The notes under the pieces: generated by a model
The model's input: only the letters and a program-made list of their open reading frames with translations
What the model was told of the DNA's origin: nothing
Databases searched by the model: none
Program-made: the position numbers and the translations under genes
Shown: piece after piece, positions 1 through 13,885 of the stretch
How the letters are laid out: the number at the start of each line of letters is the position of its first letter
How positions within the stretch are numbered: the first letter of the stretch is position 1
Assembly (NCBI RefSeq): GCF_006345805.1
Contig: NC_043018.1
Coordinates: forward strand, 24,180,001 to 24,244,000
Source: Octopus sinensis
Lineage: Eukaryota
Reading direction: 5' to 3'
DNA length: 64,000 nt

Positions 1-363
1 CTGGGGTCTGGGAAGCCAGAAAGCTGCACCAGGCCCAGTCTGATCTGGCAATGTTTCTACGTCTGGATGCCCTTCCTAACGCCAACCACTCCGTGAGTGT
101 AGTGGATGCTTTTACATGCCAGACGAGGCTGGCAAATGGCCACGATCGGATGGTGCTTTTTACGTGCCACTCTTCATAAGGAGTATTTCACTTGAAATAT
201 CAGGAGTATTAAATATTTTTAAGGTAACAATTGCATGTATTTGCTCTTGTTCATATTCATGTTTTAACATCTAACTGCTTTGCTATAACCATCCAACACG
301 CTATTTTTCTGTCTGTCTATCTTTCAATCTACTTTCCTCTTTCATTTTTTTTTTCCCTATCTT

Positions 364-399
364 TCTTCCGATGAAGGACTAGCATCCGAAACGTCAAGA
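364..399 (+). ncRNA. Minimal type I hammerhead-like motif (U4C core variant)
   Basis: TCTT-CCGATGA-A-GGA-CTAGCA-TCC-GAAAC-GTC-AAGA: 4-bp stem I, 3-bp stem II, palindromic ACGT stem III. Confidence 0.55.
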
Positions 400-548
400 C
401 TGTTTCTTTCTTTTTAAGTGTTAAATAAATACATTTGTTAAAATTTAACTTGTCCCTTTCATGTTGTCTTCTTCGTTTTTTTTTTCCCTGTTCACAATAT
501 GCGTGTGTGCATATATTATATTAATTATATTATATATATATATTATAT

Positions 549-579
<31 letters not shown>

Positions 580-654
580 GATACACATATATATATATAT
601 ACATATATAAATATATATATATATACATATATATATATACATATATATATATAT

Positions 655-1110
655 CATCATCATCATCATCATCATTTAACGTCCGCTTCCATGCTAGCAG
701 GGTTGGACGGTTCAACTGGGGGCTGGGGAGCCCGAAAGCTGCACCAGTCCAGTCAGATTGGCAGTGTTTCTACAGCTGGATGCCTTCCTAACGCCAACCA
801 CTCTGCGAGTGTAGTGGGTGATTTTATGTACCACCGACACAGGTGCCAGACGAGGCTGGCAAACGGCCACGCTCGGATGGTGTTTTTATGTGCCACCGAC
901 ACAGGTGCCAGACGAGGCTGGCAGACGGCCACGCTCGGATGGTGTTTTATGTGCCACCGACACAGGTGCCAGAGAGGCTGGCAAACGGCCACGACGGATG
1001 GTGTGGTTGTTACGTGCCCACAGCACGGAGGCCAGTCGATGCGGTACTGGCTACGGCCACGTTCGGATGGTTTTCGTGTGTGCCACGTGCCACCAGCATT
1101 GGTACCAAAA
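655..1110 (-). mobile_element. RTE-tail element with internal ~62-bp tandem repeat x3 (831 to about 1000)
   Basis: (CAT)n-ttaacgtccgcttccatgctagc tail; unit ccaccgacacaggtgccag...ggatggtgtttttatgtg starts at 831, 893 and 954. Related copies at 1-170, 6868-7170, 14600-14925, 19310-19575 and 41255-41600. Confidence 0.7.
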
Positions 1111-1139
1111 GATACAAATTTCATTGATGTTCATCTATT

Positions 1140-1140
1140 T

Positions 1141-1176
<36 letters not shown>

Positions 1177-1248
1177 TATATATATACATATATATAACAT
1201 ACAGATATATATAGATACATATATACATATATATATATATATACATAT

Positions 1249-1289
<41 letters not shown>

Positions 1290-1316
1290 TACATATATAT
1301 ATATATATATATATAG

Positions 1317-1350
<34 letters not shown>

Positions 1351-2164
1351 TATATATATATATATATATAGACATATATAGATCATATATTATATATATA
1401 TATATATCATATATACAGTTTATATATATATATACTATTATATAGATATATATTATACTTATATATACATATATATATACATACATATATATATATATTA
1501 CATATATATATATATATCTATATAGATATATATATATATATATAATATATATATATATACATATATATATACATATACATATATATATAATATATATACA
1601 TATATATATATAACATATACATGTATACAATATATATATATATTATTATTTAGATGATATACATAGACATGTATACATATATATATATATATATAGATAT
1701 ATATATACTATATTATACATATACATGTATACATATATATATATATAATATATATATACACATATATATACATACATATATAGATATATATAATTATAGA
1801 TAGATATACACATATATACAGACATATATATAATATAGATAGATATATATATAGGATTATATATATACAGATATATACTTACATGATATATATATAGATA
1901 TATAGAGATATATATACAATATATACAGGATAGATATATAATATATATATATACACATAATATATACATTATATATACATAGAGATATATAATATAGATA
2001 GATATATATACACAATATATACATATATATATAGATATATATATATACACATATATATACATACATAATAGAATATAGATATATATATATAATATATATA
2101 TAATAACATATACAGGTATACATATATTATATATATATATATATGTAGATACACATATACATGT

Positions 2165-2207
<43 letters not shown>

Positions 2208-2285
2208 CATGTATACATATATATATATATATTATATATTATATATTATATATATATGTATATTATATATATATATATATATACT

Positions 2286-2316
<31 letters not shown>

Positions 2317-2340
2317 GTATATATGTATGTATATATGTGT
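1140..2340. repeat. 1.2-kb degenerate (TA)n / (TACA/TAGA) microsatellite array
   Basis: Directly visible. Similar arrays at 7240-7600, 8375-8760, 27340-27685, 40250-40510 and 45690-46190. Confidence 0.95.
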
Positions 2341-2641
2341 GCATAGTCAATATATACATAAACCTCAGAAGATACAGTTTAGTTTGTTTAAGTTGCTCTG
2401 CAGCTAATCATAAATTAGTTGGGTCTATAATCAATGAATTTGCAAAATATATAACTAGAAAAAAAAAATTAACCTCAAATATAGTCACATAAAGAAAATA
2501 AGCATATAGTCACCTTTCAGGGCATTTAGATATGTCTGTAACTACCCCAGCTAATCAATGCATTCTCAATAAAAATTGGCAAGCAGAAACTATTCAAAAC
2601 CCTTTTAGATACCTTTATTCATCATTTGTTCATTCAGTGTA

Positions 2642-3382
2642 TAGGATTTGATCAATAAGTATCTAGACCGTTGCCATAGTAACGAAGCTAAAGCACACAG
2701 AGTGAAGCCGCTTGGCAAAATTTGACCTTGATCTCTGCTGTGCATGCACACTAAGTTTGAATGTTCTAGCACACTTCTGCTGTTTACAGCAGTGCTTGGA
2801 AGGAAGGTGTGTAGCGTGTGATTGTCACATTGACCATAACAGAGAAAGTTGTCATGGTGATACCTGCTCAGAGGCCTATGCAAAGTAGCAGGAAGTGTAT
2901 GGGATGAATGTATGAGCTGTACAGAAGTGTACAAGTGGTTCAGACATTTCTAAGATGGCTGAAAAAATGTTGATATTGACAAACGTTCTTGGAGACCTGC
3001 AACCAGCAGAACTGAGAAAAACATTGCAGCTGACCAAAGAGACACTGGGGTTTCAGTTGCACAAGATCTCCTTGATTGTGTGGAGAATGATGAAAACTTT
3101 TTGAAAACTTTGCATAGGCCTCTGAGCAAGTATCGCCAAACTTTTGGCAAAATTTGATGCAGATTCTCTGCTCAACTTTCTCTGTCATTGTCAATACAAC
3201 AATCACACGCTACACACCTTCCTTCCAAGCACTGCTGTAAACAGCAGAAGTGAGCTAGAAAGTTAAAACTTTGTGCACATGCACAGCAGAGTTGGAGGTC
3301 AATCTGTGCCAAGCGGTTTCACTTTGCATGCTCTAGCTTTGTTACTATAGCAACAGTCTGGCTACTTATTGATCAGACCATG
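2642..3382. mobile_element. mariner-derived palindromic MITE made of two 5' ends
   Basis: About 210-bp diverged inverted arms (2642-2852 / 3172-3382) with TA flanks. Minus strand encodes MTEKVEQRICIKFCQKFGDTCSEAY, a mariner N-terminal HTH start. Confidence 0.75.
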
Positions 3383-4253
3383 TATGAGGCTTGAAAATGT
3401 CCGTGCATTATCTCATGCCAGCTGGTGCACATATATTAAGGGTGAACAGCCAAAGTACTTGGCACTTGCTTAAGGACTTACCAATGACATATGCATGCGC
3501 ATGCACACTCATTGAATTTTACTAAATTTATTGCAAGTCATGGACATGTAGAAGACACATGGTTGCTTCATAACTACATGGCTACATGCATATATACATA
3601 CATATCTGTCAGCTCCTCTTTGTCCCCAAGTACTGTTTATGCTAGCGCATAAGACACACTTTTTTAATTCTTAAATCATCATCATCATCATCATCGTTTA
3701 ACATCTGTTTTCCATGCTGGCATGGGTTGGACAGTTTGACAGCAGCTGGCCACTTTTTTTTTTCATAAATCATAACCATCATCATCTTCATCATCATTTA
3801 ACACCCATTTCTGAAGGTGACATGGGTTGGACAGTTTGACAGGAGCTGGTCAGCTGGGGAGCTGTCCAGATTTCAATTGTCTATTTTTGGCATTGTTTCT
3901 ACAGAATGCCATCCAGCCACAGAAACTATGCTGAAACAGACAATTGGAGTGTCTGACCACCTCCTGTTAAACCATCCAACCCATGCCACCTTCAAAAATG
4001 GTTGTTAAATGATGCTGATAAATATAACAGAATATTGGTTTCAAATTTTGGTGTGATGGCAGCAATTTTAGGAGAGGGTTAACTCAATTACATCAACCCC
4101 CAGTGTTTAACTGGCGCTTCTTTTATTGACCCTGAAGGGATGAAAGGTAAAGTCAGCCTTGGCAAAATTTGAACTCAGAACATCAAGACAGAGGAAATAC
4201 CACTAAGCATTTTGCCTGGTGTGTTAATGATTCTACCAGCTCATCACCCTTAA

Positions 4254-4473
4254 CCCTTTAGCTTTTAAACCAGCCATTTCCAGCCCAAATATTATACCTG
4301 TTTTAAGTACAGATTGGCTATATTCAGCCTCTCACACCTACCCTGCAATGTCATACTAAAAATAAACTTTTGCATCATTGAAATCTCAAAACTATGAGAT
4401 AAACCAGAATTAATTCAAAGCAATGTGAATAAATAAATGTTACATTTGAGGGAGTTATCTGAATGCTAAAGGG
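4254..4473. mobile_element. piggyBac-like MITE (TTAA|CCCTTTAGC...GCTAAAGGG|TTA)
   Basis: Short CCC-starting TIR with TTAA at left. Relatives at about 4480-4686, 12105-12443, 35925-36135 and 39912-40030. Confidence 0.6.
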
Positions 4474-6005
4474 TTACACTAGCCATATCTAACCCAGATA
4501 TTCCAACCTGTTTTGTGTTCAAACCAGCCAGATCTGGCCTGTCACACCTACCTTACAATGTCATTCTAATAATAAACAACCTCATCATTGAAATCTTGAA
4601 GCAATGAGATAATGCAGGATTAATTCAAAACAAGGTAAATATATAAACATTATATTTGACAGAATAATCTGAATTCTTAAAGGGTTAGACATTTCAAAAT
4701 TCAGTCATGTGGCCAATACAGACATATTACGGATGCTATACTGAGTGTACAAGTGTACAGTGAAAGGTATTGGATTTGTTTTTTCCTACCAAATATGTCT
4801 TATGCGAGAGTCCACCTTAAAAGACTACAAATATGGTATTTCTGTTTTTAATTTGTAGTTCTATGTGTAAAGGGTCGGTGAAGAAATGTCAGTGGCATGG
4901 TCTTGATTAGCATGGATCCTGACTTGCCTGGAAGTGACCCAAGCACTGTGGTCTCAAAGACATCCTATGCAGCACATCTGAAATGTGTAATGCAGTATCG
5001 GACAACAAAGGTACAATGGAGTGTTGTTTGTCAGCACTGGCTTGGCTTAGGCTGCACTTTCTTAGTCAATCCATCTGGCAATGCCCTCTTCTGCCAGATC
5101 AATCATTGACATATGTATATATCATCATCATCATTATCATATATATCTCTATATATAAAACTGAAATGCGTTTTTACCGCTTGGATCGCTTTCAATGCCA
5201 CTACATCCCGTCCGATTCGCTCCAAAATTTACAGGGACATGTAGAATGAGGTGATGATGCCCGTGAGCTACCTTAGAAATCCCTATCTTAAAAGGTGTGG
5301 TTGCTAGGGGCCATCTTCCTCACTCACGCTATTTCCTCCATTACCCTCTCACTCCCCTTCATCTATAACTTTGACAAACCCACTACCGTTATTTAAAGTA
5401 TCTGTCTTCCTAAAATCAATCTCGCTGTTTCCTCTCTTTTTCACTCACTCTGCTTCCTGCCTTCCTATCACTTCGGCGTTCTTTTATGTATCTGTCTGTC
5501 ACCAACACATACGAGCGTGAGAACAAATATTATGAATCAGATATCCTTGCGTTCATTTATATGTGTGTGTGTGTGTGTTCTATATATAAATCATCATCAT
5601 CATCATCATCGTTTAACATCCGTTTTCCGTGCTGTGTGTGTGTGTTCTATATATAAATATGTATATATAATGTATATGTGTGTGTGTGTGTGTTCTATAT
5701 ATAAATATGTATATATAATGTATATATACAAAGTGTATATATCTGTATTTATGTATATTAAACTTTTTCATACTTTTTCATAGTTATATATATTTTTAAA
5801 CAAATTATAAATACAATTTAATAATTTTTATTTTCAATTTAAATAATTTAAATTTTATATTTTATATATTTTCTATATTATGTGTTTTTTTTATGTTTTT
5901 GTTTTTGGTTTTTCACTGTTTGATTTGCCTATTAGTGGTTTTATCTCTAATTTAATTTATACAGATATATATCTCATTTGTATACATTTGTATATATAAT
6001 GCGTG

Positions 6006-6066
<61 letters not shown>

Positions 6067-7238
6067 CATTACGTAGTCGGTCGATTCAGCTGAAAATATA
6101 CACACCTATGTTAAAAGTGCTGGCAAGTTTGCATGACAACTATTTTTTTCCTCAAATGAAAGGCGTCACCTCTAGGACAAAATTCCTCATCTTATAAAAT
6201 GTGGCCCCAGTAGACCCGAATGAAATCGGGTTATATTAACCAAAATGTGAAAAGGGGTCTAAATGGGGCTGGAAGGGGATTAAAATTTCAAGGAGCGGGT
6301 GTTTACGAATTCTCTGTTACATCAAGCTAAAAATTTGCGCCAGCCTTTTAATCATCAATGTGGTTGCTGTCCATGATAAAGAAGTTTTGAATGCTTGCCA
6401 TGGTGAGTCTACTGTCGTGAGAAAGAATCACTTCATAACTTGGTTGTTACGAATTTTCTTTTACATCAAGTTCAAAATTTACGCCAGCCGTTAAACTGTC
6501 AATACGTTGCTGTCCGTCGTTAAGAAATGCCAGCCATGGTGACTTACTATCCTCAGATTCTATCCCTTCAAACTTTGGTTTCCAATATTTTATTATGTTT
6601 ATTCAGCTCGCAAGTTCGTCTGTCCCTTTTAAATGTTAGCGTTTTGCTGTCTGCCTTGAAGCAGACCTTTCCGTTGCCACTGCCTGATTTTTATGATTGA
6701 TCTTTCTAAATATTTTATTTCTCAACTTACTCAAGATCTTCTGTTGTTTATAAATGGGAGAGAGATAGATAAAGATAGAGAGTAAGAGAAAGCGAGGGAG
6801 AGTCCGAGAGAAAAGAAAACTAAGAGAGTGGGAAAGTGAGAGAAAGGAGAGAAACAAAGAGGGAGAATCATCATCATCGTTTAACGTCCGTTTTCCGTCC
6901 TAGCATGGGTTGGACAGTGTGACCGGGGTCTGGGAAGCCAGGAGGCTGCACCAGGCTCCAGTCTGATCTGGCAGTGTTTCTACAGGTGATGACCTTCCTA
7001 ACGCCAACCACTCTGTGAGTGTAGTGGGTGCTTTTTTCGCGCCGCCGGCACAGGTGCCAGGGGGGCTCGCAGCGGCAACGATCGGTTGGTACTTTTTACG
7101 TGCCACCGGCACAGAAGCCAGTCAAGGCGGCGCTGCAATCGGCCACGTTCGGATGGTGCTTTTTACGTGCTGAAAGGAAGCAACAGAAAGTAACAACCAC
7201 ACTCTTACCCGCGCGTAGAGCGGGTCACCTTCAGCTAG

Positions 7239-7270
<32 letters not shown>

Positions 7271-7274
7271 TACA

Positions 7275-7351
<77 letters not shown>

Positions 7352-7611
7352 TATATATATTATATATATATATACACACATATATATATACACATATATA
7401 TATGAATATAAATACATATATATAAATACATATATATATATAAATATATATATATATAAATGTAGATATAAATATATATATATATTGATATAAATATAAT
7501 AAATGTATATATAAATATATATATATAGATTTATATATATAGATATAAATATAGATATAAATATATATAAATATATATATATATACAAAAATATGTGTGT
7601 GTGTGTGTATG

Positions 7612-7644
<33 letters not shown>

Positions 7645-8462
7645 GAGCAGGCATGGCTGTGTGGTAAGAAGCTTGCTTCCTAACCACATGGTTCGGGGTT
7701 CAATCCTACTGCATGGCACCTTGGGCAGGTGTCTTCTGCTTTAGAGCTCAGAATAAGTACTAGGCTTACAAAGAATATGTCCTGTGGTCAATTTCTGTGA
7801 CTAAAACTCCTTAAGGCGGTGCTCCAGCAAGGCCGCAGTAAAATGACTGAAACCAGTTAAAAAGTGTGTGTGTGTGCATATGTGTGCGTGTGTGTGTGTG
7901 CGTGTGTGTGTGGTGTGTGTGTGTATTACACAGGCTGAAGAAGAAGGTTGTGCCCATAGCCTACTCCATGCAGACAGCATCAGTGATCTATCATCCACAC
8001 AGATCATATTGGTATACTACCACCACTACCACAAAAACCACCACCACAACAACAACCACCACCACCACTACCACCTCCAATACTACCATAGTTTTAGGTG
8101 ATGCATGATAATGACGTACTGCTGTCATCTAACATTGGTTGCCACAGGAACTGTTGTTAAGACATCTCAGTAGCTGTCCAATTAGTGTTGCTATGGAAAT
8201 TAGAACAGGTGGTACAGGTATTATTAGTCTACCTGTGTTTCGTTAATTAACAGGAAGTTGTCACTAGAATAGACTTGGAGTTACTTTAATGCATCAGGAG
8301 ATACTTTTTGTTGTTTTTAATAATGAATAAAGAAATAAATGAATACATCTTAAGGCAATGAATGTGGCAACAGGTATGTATGTATGTATGTGTGTGTGTG
8401 TGTGTATGTATGTATGTGTGTGTGTGTATGTATGTATGTGTGTGTATGTATGAATGTATGTA

Positions 8463-8493
<31 letters not shown>

Positions 8494-9572
8494 TTGTGTG
8501 TGTGTATATGTATGCATGTGTGTGTGTATGTATGTGTGTGTATATGTGTATGTATGTGTGTATGTATGTATCTATGTATGCATGTGTGTATGTATGTATG
8601 TGTGTATGTGTGTGTATGTATGTATGTATGCATGTATATATGTATGTATGTATGTATCTATGTATGTATGTGTGTGTGTATGTATGTATCTATGTATGTG
8701 TGTGTGTATGTATGTATGTATGTACGTGTGTGTGTATATGTATATATATATACACATATATAAATACATCGACTGACCCCCCCCCCCACGAATTTCAGGC
8801 CTTGTGCCTATAGTAGAAAGGATTATTATTATTCTATGTTTGACTTTTGCTTTATGTTTGTACAAGTTGGCTCCAAGTCTCACCCAGAGACCTCAAGAGA
8901 CAACAGGTTGGAAGTTCACATTGTTGTTATTATTATTATGATTATTATTATTATTATTATCATCATCATGGTGGCAAGCTGGCAGAATCATTAGCACACC
9001 AGGCAAAATGCTTGGCGGTATTTCACTCATCGCTACATTCTCAGTTCAAATTCAATTGAGATCGACTTTGCCTTTCATCCTTTCGGGGTCAATAAATTAA
9101 GTACCAGTTATGTACTGGAGTTGATGTAATTGACTAGCCCCTCCCTATAAAATTTCAGGCCTTGTGCCTAGAGTAGAAATGATTATTATTATTATTAAGG
9201 CAGTGAGCTGGCAGAATCGTTAGCATACTGGACGAAATGCTTAGTGGAATTTTGCTCATCCCTACATTCTGAGTTCAAATTCCATTAAGGTCGACTTTGC
9301 CTTTTATCCTTTCTGGGTTGATAAATTATGTACCAGTTACATACTGGAGTAGATCTAACTGACCGCTCCCCCCCCCTGCAAATTTCATTAATTATCATTA
9401 TATTTGTACATTTTCATCCATCATTGTGTTCTTTGTTCAAATATCACCAAGGTCGACTTTGCCTTTCTTTCTTTCAGGGTCGATAAAATAAACACCATTT
9501 GAATACTAGGGGTCAGTGTAATTGACTGTCCCCTTCCAACAAATTTCAGGCCTTATGCCTATAGAACAAAAG

Positions 9573-9618
<46 letters not shown>

Positions 9619-10070
9619 TATTCTATGTTTGACTTTTGCTTTATATTTGTACAAGTTGGCTCCAAGTCTCACCCAGAGACCTCAAGAGACAACAGGTTGG
9701 AAGTTCATGTTGTTGTTATGCCTAGTGTGCCATATATTTGGGGTTTTTTTTTGTGTTGTACTAGTGAATGTCTAAAAAAAAAACGAAAATTATGTTTGTT
9801 TTAAACTTTGAGATTACATAGAAAGTATTTTGTGTAGGATATGAGCAGTTCCCATGAGCACTATCTTTTGAATTTCTGCCATTTTGGGTTTCCTGGTATC
9901 TGAGTTAGGTAGCAATCAGCCTCTTTCGCTATCATTCCCAGGGCACCTATGACAACAGGTATTGTTTTAGTCTTCAGGTTCCACATTTTGCTGATTTCTA
10001 TTTCAAGATCATCATCATCATCAACATCAACATCACCATCACCATCACCATCACCACCACCACCACCACC

Positions 10071-10104
<34 letters not shown>

Positions 10105-10885
10105 TCATTATTATTATTTGTACATCAACCAAATCAGATAAAACCAACAATGGAAACGTAATGTTTCTACGCTTGTTCATTTTGGGGATGAAGTGTTTCA
10201 GAAGGACATTCAAAGCATTTTCGTTGCCCTCTTCTCCACCAAAAAAATTTTAGGAGTTGTGCAAGTACCCACTGCATTCTCTGTTACCAAGCCTATGGGA
10301 TTGTTGTCTGTTGACCAAGTGGATCACAAGTTTGTGGTCTCTGTGTGGCTGAACAGTTTGAACTGTGGACATCCTACACTATCCCTATCTGCTCTGTCTT
10401 AACAAAATAATCTGAATACATACTATCTGAATGGCTCAGTGTGGTTATGCTATGTCCACACTGGAACACCAGGGAAATACAGTCAGTATCTGTTAAATAG
10501 TTGGAAACTTGTGAGAAGTTGGATCCGACTGTCACATTGAATGAGGTGTTGGTGGTGGAGAAGGCACCAACTGTTTCAATATCAAAACCTTTGATTTGCA
10601 CCATTTACAGTCATCAGCCTAGGAAACTCCTCTCTGTATCCCTTTGTGCTTTCACTGTATCTGTTGAATCCACAGTGAATGTGATAGCAGCAATATTTAT
10701 GGTGGTGGTGGTGGTGGTGGCGGTGGCAGAGAGGATGAGGAGGGAGAGATACCATTTGCAAAGATTGTGAAAGCAGTATTGTTGTTATTATTGTACTGTA
10801 TTTCCCTCAAGACTACAAACTTTGGAAAGTCCCTACCATTCTTGTTGTTGCTTCTGTTCTTTTTGTCTTTATTTTCCTCTGTTGC

Positions 10886-10916
<31 letters not shown>

Positions 10917-11533
10917 GGAGTTGCTGTTATCTTTATTTGACTTTGATTTTGTTGTCATGACATTGTTATCCGTTCCATTTGTTGCCTCAAGAATGACTGA
11001 TGTAATAAAATAAAAAATGCATCTTTTCTTTTCTCAGTTTTTCAAAAACTTTCTCATTAAATTCAATATTGTCACAAAATGATTTGATACCATTATTTTT
11101 TGCCTCCAGAGAAAATTAAGATTTCATAGACTCAAAGAAATTCAAAGTGTCTGATACCGCTATAGGGGTGTTATGTAAAAAACAACACCCAGATGAAGCA
11201 TAGGCACCCCACTTTACAATAGTGGGATTGGGGGAGAATCTGGAAAACAGGCACCCGAGAGGATGGGAAATAATAAAATTCAGCATGCCTTCTTGTTCCA
11301 CAATAAATAACCCATTTTATTATAGGCACAAGGCCTGAAATTTGTAGGAGAGGTAAGTCAGTTATAGTGACCCCAGTATTGAACTGGTACTTAATTTGTC
11401 AACCTTGAAAGGATGAAAGGCAAAGTTAACCTAAGCGGAATTTGAACTCAGAACATAGTGACAGACGAAATACTGCTCAGCATTTTGCCTGGTGTCCTAT
11501 TGACTCTGCCAGCTCACCACCTTATGTTTCACA

Positions 11534-11599
<66 letters not shown>

Positions 11600-13221
11600 C
11601 CTTTCTACTATAGGTACAAGGCCTGAAAATTATTTTTTGAACCAGTTGAAGACACACAAGATGTCGAAATATCGTTCACTAGATAACAGTGGCACTCTTC
11701 TTTTAATTTTGATAATAATCATAACAATAATCCTTTCTACTATAGGCGCAAGATCTGGAATTTTGGGAGAGGGGTGGGCTAGTAAATTTCATCGACTCCA
11801 GTACTTGACTGGTACTTGTTTTATCAACCCCGAAAGAATGAAAGGCAAAGTTGACCTCAGCAAAATAATGAGTCAGAAAAATAATAAGCACTTTGTTCGA
11901 CATGCTAATGACTTTGCTAGTTTGTCACCTTTAAAATTCAACACAGATTATTAATGTAAAAATAGCATTTGAATGAAATTCTAATTGTTTCGTTTTAACT
12001 AATTGATTGAGATTTCAACACAAAGCTGAAAATTGTTCTAATGGAAGATTTGTGGTTTTTGTTATACATTTTGCAGTTGAAGTACGACAAGAACATCTGA
12101 CTAACTCTTTTGATACTAACCTGCCTGAAACCACCTCTGGATCTGTAGTACAAATGTCTTGTAATTCAAAAGTTCTGAATTAAAATCTTCCACAAAACAC
12201 TAGTCACAATTTATGTTCCTAACACTAGCTTAATGATAACTAAGTTATTTTACTAAATTCTGGTATATTTAAAATTAATTGAAAGAAACACAGAGCATCT
12301 CAACAGAAATACCCTAGTCACAAATAATGTTCCTAACACTAGCTTAATGATAACTAAGTTATTTTACTAAATTCTGGTATATTTAAAATTAATTGAAAGA
12401 AACACAGAGCGTCTCAACAGAAATATGGTAACAGAAGGGTTAAACAGTTTCAAGTAACAAAAACTACGGAACTGATTAGTTTCCCTTGAAACTGGTAGAA
12501 TTTAGAATTCTTGTTGCCGCATAATCAGATAATGTGAGGATCTACTGGAACGGGCAACAATCTCATTAGTTCTATTTAATTCAGTAATTCCACAAGGAAC
12601 ATAGCTTTCATAAAAAAAAGGCCACAGGCTACTGAAGCTTTGAATAAGATGATAATTGAAGAAATAGATGGATTTATTGCGGTTAAATTCTATGATGCTT
12701 GTTCAGAATTTAGAACATTTTGTTGAAGGTGTACTACAAGGAGGTTTCTTTGATCAATAACTGTTGTAATGTTATAATATCATGTCACCGACCAGACTAT
12801 CAGATGCTGTTACACATCGCAGTTCACAATGCACTTTGCATCATTTTAACCTTTGCATGATGCCACCCTGCTGGCTGGGTGAGTGGACCATCCTTTACCC
12901 CTGATGGAAAGGGGGACTGGAGCAACATGAAATGAAGTATTTTGCTCAAAAACACAGTGCACTACCCAGTCTAGGAATTGAACCTATGATTTAGCATTTG
13001 TGAGTGCAACAGCCTAACCACTAGGCCAACCATGCACCTTAACAATGTTATAATTACCACTTTTTTTGTCTGGTATATTTTTTTTGTTTTAATATAAAAA
13101 ATTTTTCCTGAATGAAAAGGTATTAAAATAGATGCTATAATTTTGCTTCATCTTGTATTTTTTATTTTTAGGCAGGAGCTGGCCCAACTTGACCTGATCT
13201 GTAACTAATGTCAGCTTTAAG

Positions 13222-13885
13222 ATGGGGAAGAGAGGAGGGAAAAAGAGAAATACAAATAAGAAATTTCCAGAAACAGTTCAGTTTCATTTCTTGGAGAACC
13301 AGGAAGTTATCGACAAAATTGGAACACAGTTCCAAATTATGTTCATCATGAGAGGTTTACCAGGATCTGGTAAATCAACATTGGCCAAAAGCATCACTGA
13401 TCTCTATCCCAATACTGTCGTCTGTTCCTCTGACCATTTCCTCATGGAAAATGACATTTACAGTTGGACGCCAGAGAAACGTAACTTTGGCCACAAGTAT
13501 TGTTTAGAACTGGCTTCACGGAGTTGTGAAATGAAATGTCCAATTATTGTAATTGATAATACAAACATTCAGAAAAAAGAAGTTAAAGTTTATACTGACA
13601 TGGCTTCTAAATATGGTTATATCACTATTCTGGTAACCCCAAATACACCCTGGAATTTTGATGCTTTCCAACTTGAGAAGCGCTGCTCTCATGGAGTCCC
13701 TTTACATACAATACAGTACAAACTTACATTGTATGATGAAATCACACCAATTTTCTATGCCTGGTTTCTATCCCAGGAAGATGCCAACCGCATCACTGAA
13801 ATGGCTTTAGAATTGTTCTTTCAGTCCTTGAAAGAAATTCCAGAATTTTCTCTCCAGTTATCGGCAATGTATGATACAGAGACAG
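13222..13885 (+). CDS. CNP: CNP-like protein, coding exon 1 (polynucleotide-kinase-like P-loop domain plus start of the 2H domain)
   Basis: Translation contains QFHFLENQEVI, MFIMRGLPGSGKSTLAKSI (Walker A at 13354-13377), IVIDNTN and FYAWFL. These match vertebrate CNP as I recall it (LQFPFLQDEDTV, LFILRGLPGSGKSTLARVI, LVLDDTN, LYFGWFL). Donor CAG|GTCAGT at 13886 (phase 1). Upstream acceptor ttttattttag|G at 13170-13171 implies an earlier 5'UTR exon. Confidence 0.9.

Noticed and set aside
831-1000. Regularly spaced ~62-bp repeats resembling an array or CRISPR
   Set aside because: Tandem duplication inside an RTE-tail element; no unique spacers and eukaryotic context.
499-2346. Long ORFs rich in I/Y/C/V/H/T (also around 7100-7700, 8290-8880, 18800-19400, 25100-25540, 27230-27760, 40220-40530, 45500-46300, 59120-60109)
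   Set aside because: Translations of (TA)n, (CA)n, (TACA)n and (TCTA)n microsatellites, which lack stop codons in several frames; no domain signal.
12200-12425. ~115-bp direct duplication (also the ~144-bp-period diverged repeat at 6303-6548 and the 15-bp x2.7 repeat at 34101-34140)
   Set aside because: Internal duplications of transposon fragments; no independent functional signal.
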